Position numbers and translations under genes: made by a program. The notes beneath the pieces were generated by a model. That model did not search any database. It worked only from the letters and a program-made list of their open reading frames with translations, and was not told where the DNA came from. Shown one piece after another: positions 12,208 to 22,461 of a stretch of DNA of 32,000 nucleotides; positions within the stretch are counted from its first letter, which is position 1, and each line of letters begins with the position of its first letter. The DNA comes from Mycoplasma mycoides subsp. capri (GTDB taxonomy: Bacteria > Bacillota_I > Bacilli_A > Mycoplasmatales > Mycoplasmataceae): contig NZ_CP065581.1 in the NCBI RefSeq assembly GCF_018389705.1, forward strand, positions 780,001-812,000. The letters are read 5' to 3'.

Positions 12208-12981
12208 ATGTTACAACAGATTATTTTAACAGAGTTATTTGGAACTGCATTATTAGTTCTTTTAGGTAACGGAATTGTAGCAAACGTTGTACTAAAAGGA
12301 ACTAAAGGGCAAAATGCAGGTTGAATCTCAATAACAGCTGGTTGAGGATTTGCAGTGTTTATTGCTGCTGGAATATCAGCTGGATTAGGTGGAGTTGCTC
12401 ATCTAAACCCAGCAGTAACAATTATGTTTGCAATAAAAGCAGCAAATAATACATTTGGATTTGATGCTGATGCTATAAAACAAATCTCAGGAGTTGGATT
12501 ATTCTTTATTGTATTGATTGTTCAATTTATTGGAGCAATCTTAGGTTCAATTTTTGTAGATTTACTTTACTGAAAGCATATTTTAACAACTAAAACAGAT
12601 GATGATTTCCAACCTAGAGTTTTAGCAATTCACTCAACTGGAGCTACTCATAAAACACCTATTTTAAACTTCTTAATGGAATTTATTGGAACTGTAGTTC
12701 TATTAGTAGGTATTTGAGGATTAACTGCTGCTAAATCTTCAGTATTTTCAGCTATTGGTCCATTAGCTGTTGGTTTATTAGTATTTGGTATTGGTCTATC
12801 ATTAGGTGGAACAACTGGATATGCAATTAACCCTGCACGTGATTTAGGACCAAGATTAGTTCATACATTCTTACCTTTAAAAGATAAAGGTTCATCAGAA
12901 TGATCATATGCTTGAATTCCAGGACTAGGACCAGTGGCTGCTGCTGTTGTTATTGGATTAATAGCAATGGCTGTAAAATAA
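12208..12981 (+). CDS. glpF: Glycerol uptake facilitator (MIP/aquaporin family), 257 aa
   Basis: [36 protein letters not shown] and [10 protein letters not shown] (the two NPA boxes). Confidence 0.95.
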
Positions 12982-13011
12982 AATTTTATAGTCTAATCAA
13001 TTAACCAAAAT

Positions 13012-13037
13012 AAAAGCTCATCAATTGATGAGCTTTT
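13012..13037. terminator. Bidirectional intrinsic terminator between glpF (+) and hpt (-)
   Basis: Arms aaaagctcatc / gatgagctttt with loop aatt and T runs on both strands. Confidence 0.85.
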
Positions 13038-13040
13038 TTA

Positions 13041-13613
13041 TTATCATTTTCAATCATCTAATTTAGTTGTATCACAAACTGCTACATATGGTAGGTTTCT
13101 AATTTTTTCTTGATAATCTAATCCATACCCAATAACAAAACATGGATCAATTGTAAAACAAACTCAATCAGCAACTAAATCAATTTTTCTCCCACTTGGT
13201 TTATCTAACATAGTTAGTATTTTAACACTTTTAGCACCTTTATTTAATAAATATTCTTTAACATATTTTAAAGTAAATCCAGTATCAATAATATCTTCAA
13301 CAATTAAAATATCACGATCTTTTACATCAGTATTTAAATCTAAATTAATTTTTGGAGCTGAATTTGAACTAGTTGATCCATGATAAGATGACACAACCAT
13401 AAAATCCATTTCCATTGTCAAATCACAAACCATACAAAAATCTGTATAAAAAGGTACACAACCTTTTAATAAACCAACAACTAATAAGCTATTGTCTTTT
13501 AAGTGTTTATCTTTATAATAACTTTCAATTTCTTTAGCAATATCTTTAGTTCTTTTTTGAATTTGTTCTCTTGTAAATAAAACTTCTTTTACTAATGGGT
13601 GTAATTTTTGCAT
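13041..13613 (-). CDS. hpt: Hypoxanthine (guanine) phosphoribosyltransferase, 190 aa
   Basis: LLVVGLLKGCVPFYTDFC and the PRPP-binding motif DRDILIVEDIIDTGFTLKYV. Confidence 0.94.
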
Positions 13614-13618
13614 ATCTT

Positions 13619-14050
13619 CTATAATTTCCTACTTTCTAAATATAGTTCTAAAATCAGTTGTGCTGCTAAACTATCTTTATATTTTTTTTGTTTTTCTCTA
13701 GTCAAATTAGCTTGAATTAAAATATTTTTAGCTATTTTTGTAGTTCTTCTTTCATCAATTTTAATAATTTGATCTTTATTAAAATTTTTATACATATCTA
13801 AAAACATTTCAATAACATAATCAACCATTTCAGCACGTTCACCAATAGTATTATTCATATTTTTTGGATAACCAACTACTATAATACTTGGGTTATACTT
13901 TTTTAAATAAGTTTCTAGTTGTTTTAAACCTTGATCAAAGTTATATTCTTCAAATCTAATAGTGTCTAAACTTGAAGCAATAATTCCACTACTATAAGCT
14001 AATCCAATAGTTTTACTGCCAATATCAAGTGCAATAATACTTTGTGTCAT
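13619..14050 (-). CDS. ruvX: YqgF/RuvX family putative Holliday junction resolvase, 143 aa
   Basis: [22 protein letters not shown]; IDERRTT; [13 protein letters not shown]; size and position typical. Confidence 0.88.
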   Translation of the reverse strand: MTQSIIALDIGSKTIGLAYSSGIIASSLDTIRFEEYNFDQGLKQLETYLKKYNPSIIVVGYPKNMNNTIGERAEMVDYVIEMFLDMYKNFNKDQIIKIDERRTTKIAKNILIQANLTREKQKKYKDSLAAQLILELYLESRKL

Positions 14051-14051
14051 A

Positions 14052-14873
14052 CTAAATAAACAATTTGCCTTTCTTTTGATTAATTATTAAAATGGTTGTT
14101 AATATTGTAAATGATAATAACATAGAAAAAACAACATCAGTTAAAAAATGTTTATTTAATACAATTCTTGACATAGCTACAATTATTATTATTAATCAAG
14201 TAAAACTAATTCATAAATAAGTTTTTTTATTGATTTTATTAAACAATAATAAAACAAATAATAAAGTTGTTGCTGAATAAGTATGACCTGATGGAAATGA
14301 GTTATGTTTTCATGAAGTTCATTTAATATTTCATCAGTTTCTATATAGTTCTAAATTAGTAGGTCTTGGTCTATTAAATGTTAATTTTAAAATATTTACT
14401 AAAATCAATAAACCTATAATAGTTATTAGTACTATTATTGATTTATAAATACTTAAATCAGGATCACTAATAATTTCTTTATTTATATGAAAATAATAAA
14501 TTAAACTACTAATAATTATTAAACATAATAAATTACTAATAATTGAATAAACTATACTTTGCTTTTCATATAAAAAGTTAAAGACAATAAAGACTAAAGG
14601 AATAATAAAATAAATTAAAGTTTCAATTATATTATTGATTTTTAATTTGTTTTTTAATTTTAAGCTTTTAATAAGATAAATTAAAGCAATAGTTAAAGGA
14701 ATAGATGGAATAACAACACCAAGATTTGATATAAAAACAGCTAAACTTAAATTTTCTGCTCTTTTAAAACTTGCGATTTTAAAATCATACACACTTCCTA
14801 AAATAAATAAACTGATTAAAATAATAAAAACAATTCCTGAATATATATAATAATGATTAATCTTATTTTTCAT
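14052..14873 (-). CDS. Membrane-associated PAP2 superfamily phosphatase, 273 aa
   Basis: Multiple hydrophobic segments; motifs [18 protein letters not shown] and [13 protein letters not shown] match the three-part PAP2 signature when UGA is read as Trp. Confidence 0.83.
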
Positions 14874-14892
14874 GTAGTTATTTTAACAAAAT

Positions 14893-14918
14893 AAAAAAGA
14901 GTGACTAGACTCTTTTTT
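14893..14918 (-). terminator. Intrinsic terminator downstream of eno
   Basis: Arms aaaaaagagt / actctttttt with a 6-nt loop, 19 nt past the eno stop. Confidence 0.7.
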
Positions 14919-14936
14919 AAAATTATTTAATTACTA

Positions 14937-16292
<1,356 letters not shown>

Positions 16293-16332
16293 AAATATCC
16301 CTTTCTGAAAAATAATTTCTAATACAAAAGTT

Positions 16333-16338
16333 ATTATA
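16333..16338 (-). promoter_or_regulatory. Probable -10 element for eno (TATAAT)
   Basis: Minus-strand TATAAT 41 nt upstream of the eno start codon. The -35 is not clear. Confidence 0.4.
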
Positions 16339-16459
16339 TTACATAATAAGTACTTATTGTTGTTTTTATAGAAAATGAAAATTTGCTAATAATTAATATT
16401 TTAATAAAATATTAATTTAAAATTTTACTCTCTTTTAGATTTTAAATCAGTAGATACGA

Positions 16460-16482
16460 TTAAGTTATAATTTAAGTTATAA
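16460..16482 (+). promoter_or_regulatory. Probable promoter region with tandem TTAAGTTATAA repeat
   Basis: Two copies of ttaagttataa (16460-16470, 16472-16482); the first overlaps a perfect TATAAT (16466-16471), 29 nt before the ORF at 16500. Confidence 0.4.
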
Positions 16483-16499
16483 GGAATTATTTTAAAGTT

Positions 16500-16703
16500 A
16501 TGAGCAACTTTACAAAAAAACAGAAGTTAATTTTTAATATTTTATTAATAGTATTTAGTATTGTAGGTTTAATTGGTTTTATTTTTTATTTAACTAAATT
16601 TATTAATTTAGCAATTATATTTTTATCAATATCTGGAATTAGTTTTATTTTACTTATGATAATTTGATTTGTATTTGAAAAAACAAATAAAAAGGACAAA
16701 TAA
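16500..16703 (+). CDS. Small hypothetical membrane protein, 67 aa, two predicted TM segments
   Basis: MSNFTKKQKLIFNILLIVFSIVGLIGFIFYLTKFINLAIIFLSISGISFILLMIIWFVFEKTNKKDK. Its stop is 3 nt before the ATG of the RpiR-family gene. Confidence 0.65.
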
Positions 16704-16706
16704 TTG

Positions 16707-17540
16707 ATGACTGAAAAACAAATAATAAGAACAATTAAAAAAATTAGTTTAGATACAGATCATCGTTTTTGTTTTATTGCAAATTATGTTTTAAATAATT
16801 TAGATAGTATTGAAAAAATGACTATTAACCAATTAGCAAAAGCTACATATACATCAGTTGCAACTATTAATAGATTTGTTAAATTTTTAAATTTAGATGG
16901 ATATAAAGAATTAGTTCATATTATTAAATATTTTAAAAATAGTCTGCAAGGTGATCAAATTACTTACTCACTTACTAGTAATTCACTAATACTTAATGCA
17001 TATAATAATATAATTTCTAGTTTAAATGAAACTTTTAAATTAACAATAGAACAACAAGATACTATTAAAAATTTAATTAGTAAAATTAAAAATGCTCTTA
17101 AAATAGCTGTTTTTGCTGTTGGTGGTACTTTTAATGTTGCTAAAGATTTTGAACAAAAGTTGTTAAGAATTGGGTTTAACATCACTGCTGTTAATGATTT
17201 TCATAATGCTTATTTATTAGCGTGTCAGTTAAATAAAAATGATTTAGCTATATTTATTTCATATTCTGGAGAAACACTTGATTTAATTAAATTAGCTCAA
17301 GTTTGCACTAAAAATAATGTTCAAATTGCTGTAGTATGTAAAGCAACTAATAATACACTTTCAAATTTATCTAATTATTTGATAAACATTAGCAGTAATG
17401 AAAAAATTGATCGTTTAGTTTCTAGTACTAGTAGGTTTTCACTACTGTTTGCTTTGGATCTTATTTATACATTTTTACTATCAACTGATTTAAAAAAATA
17501 TACCAAGTTATTAGAAAAAACAATGATATCAAAATTTTAA
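16707..17540 (+). CDS. MurR/RpiR family transcriptional regulator (HTH + SIS domain), 277 aa
   Basis: N-terminal HTH NQLAKATYTSVATINRFVKFLNLDGYKELVH; C-terminal SIS-like AVFAVGGTFNVAKDFEQKLLRIGF...DLAIFISYSGETLDLIKLAQ; adjacent to PTS and murQ. Confidence 0.9.
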   Translation: MTEKQIIRTIKKISLDTDHRFCFIANYVLNNLDSIEKMTINQLAKATYTSVATINRFVKFLNLDGYKELVHIIKYFKNSLQGDQITYSLTSNSLILNAYNNIISSLNETFKLTIEQQDTIKNLISKIKNALKIAVFAVGGTFNVAKDFEQKLLRIGFNITAVNDFHNAYLLACQLNKNDLAIFISYSGETLDLIKLAQVCTKNNVQIAVVCKATNNTLSNLSNYLINISSNEKIDRLVSSTSRFSLLFALDLIYTFLLSTDLKKYTKLLEKTMISKF

Positions 17541-17615
17541 ATTTTTACATTTTTTGATATAAAATTACAACCTATATAAATAAGAAAATTTAATATCTTC
17601 TTCTTTTTTAAAATA

Positions 17616-17646
17616 AAATTGTATATTAACTAAAAATATACAATTT
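17616..17646. promoter_or_regulatory. Perfect inverted repeat upstream of the PTS gene, candidate operator
   Basis: aaattgtatat (17616-17626) - 9 nt - atatacaattt (17636-17646), arms exact reverse complements; 15 nt before the ATG at 17662. Confidence 0.55.
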
Positions 17647-17661
17647 AAGAAGTGATATTAA

Positions 17662-19388
17662 ATGATTAAAGACCCTAAAATAACTGCTAAAGAAATTTTA
17701 CAAATTATAAAAATTGATAATATTAACTCTTATACTAATTGTTTAACAAGACTACGTTTAAACATTAAAGAAAATAATATTGATTTTGAAAAATTAAAAT
17801 CTATACCAAATGTATTAGGTGTTATAAATGTTTCTTCTAATGAATTACAAATAGTTCTAGGACCTGGATTTGTAAATAAAGTAGCTCAAGAATTTGCACA
17901 ATTACTAAAAGTAGAATCTAAAAAAGATGATGCGTTTATGTCAGCATCTGAGGTTGGAAATATAGTAAAACAAAATCTTAGAGCTAATAAAAATTGAATT
18001 CAAGATTTTTTTACTAAGTTTTCTAAAATATTTTCACCAATGATAATAGGATTTATTGGCGCTGGAATTTTATCAGGAGTTAGTGGAATAATTCAATCTG
18101 CATATAATGGAACTGTTAATTTAAAAACAGCACCAGCTATAGCTGTTTCTTGATTTAACGCCTTAAATTTAATATTAAATATTTCAAAAAATGCATTTAT
18201 TATCATTGTTGGATGAAGAACTTGTGAGATTTGAGGTGGAAGTGGGGTTTTAGGAGCTATGACTGCTGCTTTATTTTCACCAGTATTTGCAAGTAACATT
18301 TTACCTATGATTGTAATTAATAATAAAGATAGTATTAATTATTTAGGAATTAATATAACAAATCCAACTACTAATTGATTAACTGTTGGTTTTAGACCAG
18401 TTATTAAAAACGGTGAAATAATTTTTTCATATCCATCAGGAAATATTTTAGGTGCTTTGTTAACTGCAACAGCATCACTATGAATAGAAAAAATAATTCG
18501 TAAATTTACACCCGGAGTACTAGATACTATATTAACACCAACATTAACGCTATTTTTACTACTTATTATTAATATCTTTTTAATAATTCCAATTTCTGGA
18601 ATATCTTTTTAATAATTCCAATTTCTGGATATTTATACACTGCTGTTGCTTGATTTTTTTCAAATTTATATACCAACCCTTTTGGTGCATTTATTTTATC
18701 TGCTATTTTTTTACTATCTGTTTCTTTTGGTGTTCACCAAGGTTTTGTACCAATTTATGCTATTTTAATTGAAAAAACAGGAGTTAATGGATTATTTCCA
18801 ATTTTGGCAATGGCAGGTATGGCTCAAGTTGGAACCGGTATTGCTTTGTGATTTTTAGCAAATAAAAAAAGTTTGTTACGTCGTCAAATTCAAGGAGCAA
18901 TAATTCCTGCTATTTTTGGAATTGGTGAACCAATGATTTATGGAATAACTCTTCCAAGAATTAGACCATTTGTTACAGCATCAATAGCTGCAGGTTTTGG
19001 TGGTTTTTTCTTAGGTTCAATTTATTTATGAGGAAATGTTCACTTTGGTTTAAACTCAATGTTTGGTCCTAGTGGAATATTAGCAACCTTTATGATGACA
19101 ACTCAAGATAAAAATATAGGACTAGGAGTTTGTATTTATTTATTAGGTTGCTTGGTCTCAGTTATTTTTGGAATATTAATAACATTATTTGGTTATTCAA
19201 AAATATCTAGAATTGGAACTGAAAAAATGAAAAATATATATAAAAAAGGTCAATATAAATTAAGTTTAAAAATATTTCTAACATTAACATTTATTACAAT
19301 TATTGGTATTTTTATATATTGAATAACAAGTTATTACAAATTACCAAAACAAGAACGAATTAAGCTTGCAAATATTAAGGTTGAATAA
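17662..19388 (+). pseudogene. PTS EIIBC component (probable MurNAc/amino-sugar type), disrupted by a 29-bp tandem duplication
   Basis: EIIB N-terminus with NCLTRLRLNIK active-site Cys motif. The frame runs to TAA at 18610-18612, created by the duplication. Removing one 29-nt copy restores ...LIIPISGYLYTAVAWFFSNLYTNPFGAFILSAIFLLSVSFGVHQGFVPIY...GIGEPMIYGITLPRIRPF... to a TAA at 19386-19388. Confidence 0.88.
18571..18628 (+). repeat. Perfect 2 x 29-bp tandem duplication
   Basis: aatatctttttaataattccaatttctgg at 18571-18599 and again at 18600-18628, directly adjacent and identical. Confidence 0.98.
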
Positions 19389-19390
19389 TA

Positions 19391-20299
19391 ATGAAAAATA
19401 ATAATTTATTAAATATTGAAACTGAAAATATAAATAAAAATAGCTTAGATATTGATAAAAAAAGTACATCTGAAATTATAAAAATTATTAATAATGAAGA
19501 TATAAAAGTTGCTTATGCAATTAAAAAAGAATTAAATCAAATTTCAAATGTAATTGATCTAATATTTGAACGTTTTAAAAAAGGTGGAAGACTAATTTAT
19601 ATTGGTTCAGGAACTTCAGGAAGACTAGGAATTTTAGATGCATCAGAAATGTATCCAACATATGGTATCAATCCAAATAGAATTATTGGAATTATTGCTG
19701 GGGGAAATAAAGCGATAAAAAATCCTATTGAAGGCGCTGAAGATAATGAAAAATTAGCAATAATAGATTTAAATAAAATCAAGCTAAATTCGCTTGATAC
19801 AGTTATTGGAATAGCTTCATCAGGAAAAACCCCTTATGTTCTTTCAGCACTAAAATACGCTAATAAAAAAGATGCTTTATCTGTTGGTTTATGCATGACT
19901 AAAAATTCAGAAATGACAAAAATAGCTAATCAAGTTATTAGTGTTAAAACTGGAGCTGAAATAATAACTGGTAGTACAAGAATGAAAGCAGGAACTGCTA
20001 CTAAATTAATATGTAATATGATAACAACAACACTAATGATTAAATTAGGAAAGGTTTATAAAAATTTAATGATAGACTTAGTAGCAACTAATGACAAATT
20101 AAAAAAACGTGCTTTTAAGATAGTTAAACAAATAACAAACGCTAAAGATCATATAATTTATAAGGCATTAAATGAATCTAATTTTTCTTGCAAGCATGCA
20201 ATTATAATGATATTAAAAAATATTTCTTATAGTGAAAGTGTTTTATTATTAGAAAATTGTGATAATTCATTAACAAAATTATTAGAAGAAAAAGTATAA
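19391..20299 (+). CDS. murQ: N-acetylmuramic acid 6-phosphate etherase, 302 aa
   Basis: LIYIGSGTSGRLGILDASEMYPTYG, GIIAGGNKAIKNPIEGAEDN, GIASSGKTPYVLSALKYA, TGSTRMKAGTATK: characteristic MurQ motifs. Confidence 0.95.
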   Translation: MKNNNLLNIETENINKNSLDIDKKSTSEIIKIINNEDIKVAYAIKKELNQISNVIDLIFERFKKGGRLIYIGSGTSGRLGILDASEMYPTYGINPNRIIGIIAGGNKAIKNPIEGAEDNEKLAIIDLNKIKLNSLDTVIGIASSGKTPYVLSALKYANKKDALSVGLCMTKNSEMTKIANQVISVKTGAEIITGSTRMKAGTATKLICNMITTTLMIKLGKVYKNLMIDLVATNDKLKKRAFKIVKQITNAKDHIIYKALNESNFSCKHAIIMILKNISYSESVLLLENCDNSLTKLLEEKV

Positions 20300-20302
20300 T
20301 AC

Positions 20303-20346
20303 AAAAAACTGAACAACAAAACTTTATTTTGTTAGTTCAGTTTTTT
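20303..20346. terminator. Strong intrinsic terminator after murQ (T tracts in both orientations)
   Basis: aaaaaactgaac ... gttcagtttttt with additional inner pairing (acaaaa/ttttgt). Confidence 0.85.
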
Positions 20347-20614
20347 ATTTTATTAACTACTTAAAATTGTTCTTTAAATTCTGGAGTATTAGATTTTTAT
20401 TCAGATTTTATAAAAATTAGGAAGAACTATATATTTTAGCGTTACCTTTATCTGATTGTTATGGATATTTATAAAATATATGCATTAAATATACATTTAT
20501 TATTTTTTAGTATTTGATATTTGATTAAAATTAAGTATAAATTTATTCAATTAATTTAATTTCTTTTAATTTCTAGGTAATTTTCTTAATTATTAAATGT
20601 TTTTTAACATTACT

Positions 20615-21385
20615 TTAATTTTTATTCCTAAATTGAGGTCATAATCTTTTGTTATCTTTAAAGCCTGCTTCATTGGCAAAGCCAGTTGTAAATGGTGCTT
20701 TGATTGCTTTTCATTTACTTAAGTCTTGATTAAATGATTCTGCGTAGGCAAACATATAGTTCATATCATCTACATTATCTGTATTTCATTGAGATATATT
20801 TTGATTAAATTTTTTAGCACCAAAAAAAGTTTGAAACATATTTCTTATTCTCGATGTGTCTCAAAATTCTATTCCGCTTATATAATCATTTTCATTATCT
20901 TTAAATGCTTTTTCTAAACTAGTAACTATTCTTGGAAGAAATTTAGGGACTTTATTAATGTTAGATGGAATTTCTTTTAGTTTATAACCATTTTTTGGGT
21001 TATTTGTTTTTTCGTATCCCAGAAATAGTATTTCTTTAGAATTTTTAGGATTTACAAAATGCGGTCTGCTATCTTTTTTAACATCTTTAAGTCAATTGTA
21101 GTAAGCATAAATGAACTCTTTTTCATCTTCTGTACTAGAAAAGATATTGTCTTTAAGATCGTTTGGTGATGTTGAGCTTGAACTATTTCTATTATTGTCT
21201 TTTTGTTGATCAGTTTGATAAGTTTTATTTGTAGACTCTGATCTTTCCTGATCTTTTTTAGGAATATCTTTATTTTTAGGTTTGATAATTTTCGGCTTTT
21301 CATTATTAGTTTTACAAGATACAACTAAAACACTACTTGTAGCTATTAAACTAAAAGAAGTTAATAATGCTAAAATTTTTTTCAT
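20615..21385 (-). CDS. DUF285/BspA-like lipoprotein, 256 aa
   Basis: Signal peptide MKKILALLTSFSLIATSSVLVVSCKT with a lipobox Cys. C-terminal half IEFWDTSRIRNMFQTFFGAKKFNQNISQWNTDNVDDMNYMFAYAESFNQDLSKW is the DUF285 repeat style. Confidence 0.85.
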
Positions 21386-21446
21386 ATTCGCACGTCTTTC
21401 TAAAAATTAATATCAAAATATATTTAACAAATCTATCTAATAAATA

Positions 21447-22217
21447 TTAATTTTTATTTTTAAATTTAGGTAATAATTCTTTTTTACTTTCAAAACCAGA
21501 ATATTTATCAAAGCTAACAGGGAATGGATCTTTTAAAACATTTCAATTACTTAGGTCTTTGTCAAAAGCACTAGCACCAAAAAACATATAATCAAAATTA
21601 CTTACATTATCTGTTTTTCATCTAGTTATATCACCATTGAAATTTTTTGCACCAAAAAAAGTCTGATACATATTTTTAATATGACTAGTATCTCAGTATT
21701 CAATTCCATCTATATTAGCATTTTCATTATCTTTAAATGCACTTTCCAAACTAGTTATCTCTTTTAAAAGAAAAGAAGGAACCTTTTTTACATTTTTTGG
21801 AATTTGCTTTAATTTAAGACCATATTTTGGATTTGTAGATTTTTCATATCCTAATATTAATATTTCTGTTGGATCTTTAGGATTAATAAAATGATCTGAA
21901 TTATCTTTTGTTCTCTTTTTTAATCAATTATTATACTCATTAACGTATTCTTTAAAAAATATTCTATCATCTTCAGCACTAGAAAAAATATTATATTTAT
22001 TTGATGAACCTAATTCTGATTTATTTTTTAAATGATTATCTTCTGAATCTTTATTAATAGATTCTAATTTTTTTTCATCTTTTTTAGAACTATTTTCAGT
22101 TATGTTTTTTGGTTTTTCAAATAATTTTTTAATATCAACAGTTTTACAAGATACAACTAATACACTACTTGTAGCTATTAAACTAAAAGAAGTTAATAAT
22201 GTTAGGACTTTTTTCAT
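21447..22217 (-). CDS. DUF285/BspA-like lipoprotein, 256 aa, paralog of the neighbour
   Basis: MKKVLTLLTSFSLIATSSVLVVSCKT signal peptide; IEYWDTSHIKNMYQTFFGAKNFNGDITRWKTDNVSNFDYMFFGASAFDKDLSNWN; same length (256 aa) and same layout as 20615..21385. Confidence 0.85.
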
Positions 22218-22461
22218 ATAATCTATCCTTACTTTTAATAAATTTATATTTTATTTGCCAATTTATAAAATAAAACTAGTATGTTCTATTTTTCTTATAT
22301 ATTATGCTTGAAAAACTTTACATTGAAAAGTATTTTTTTACAATATTATTTAGTGTTTTTTAATTAAAAATAAATAAAAACTTAATATTTTAAACTAAAA
22401 AATAATTAATAAGAATCAATGTAATAAAATTAATATATTGCTTAAATTTAGAGGTGTTAGA

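Noticed and set aside
21052-21324. Minus-strand 90-aa ORF MYLVKLIMKSRKLSN... in lipoprotein A.
   Set aside because: Alternative frame of the lipoprotein gene 20615..21385, which has a clear lipobox and a paralog. Highly biased Lys/Ile composition.
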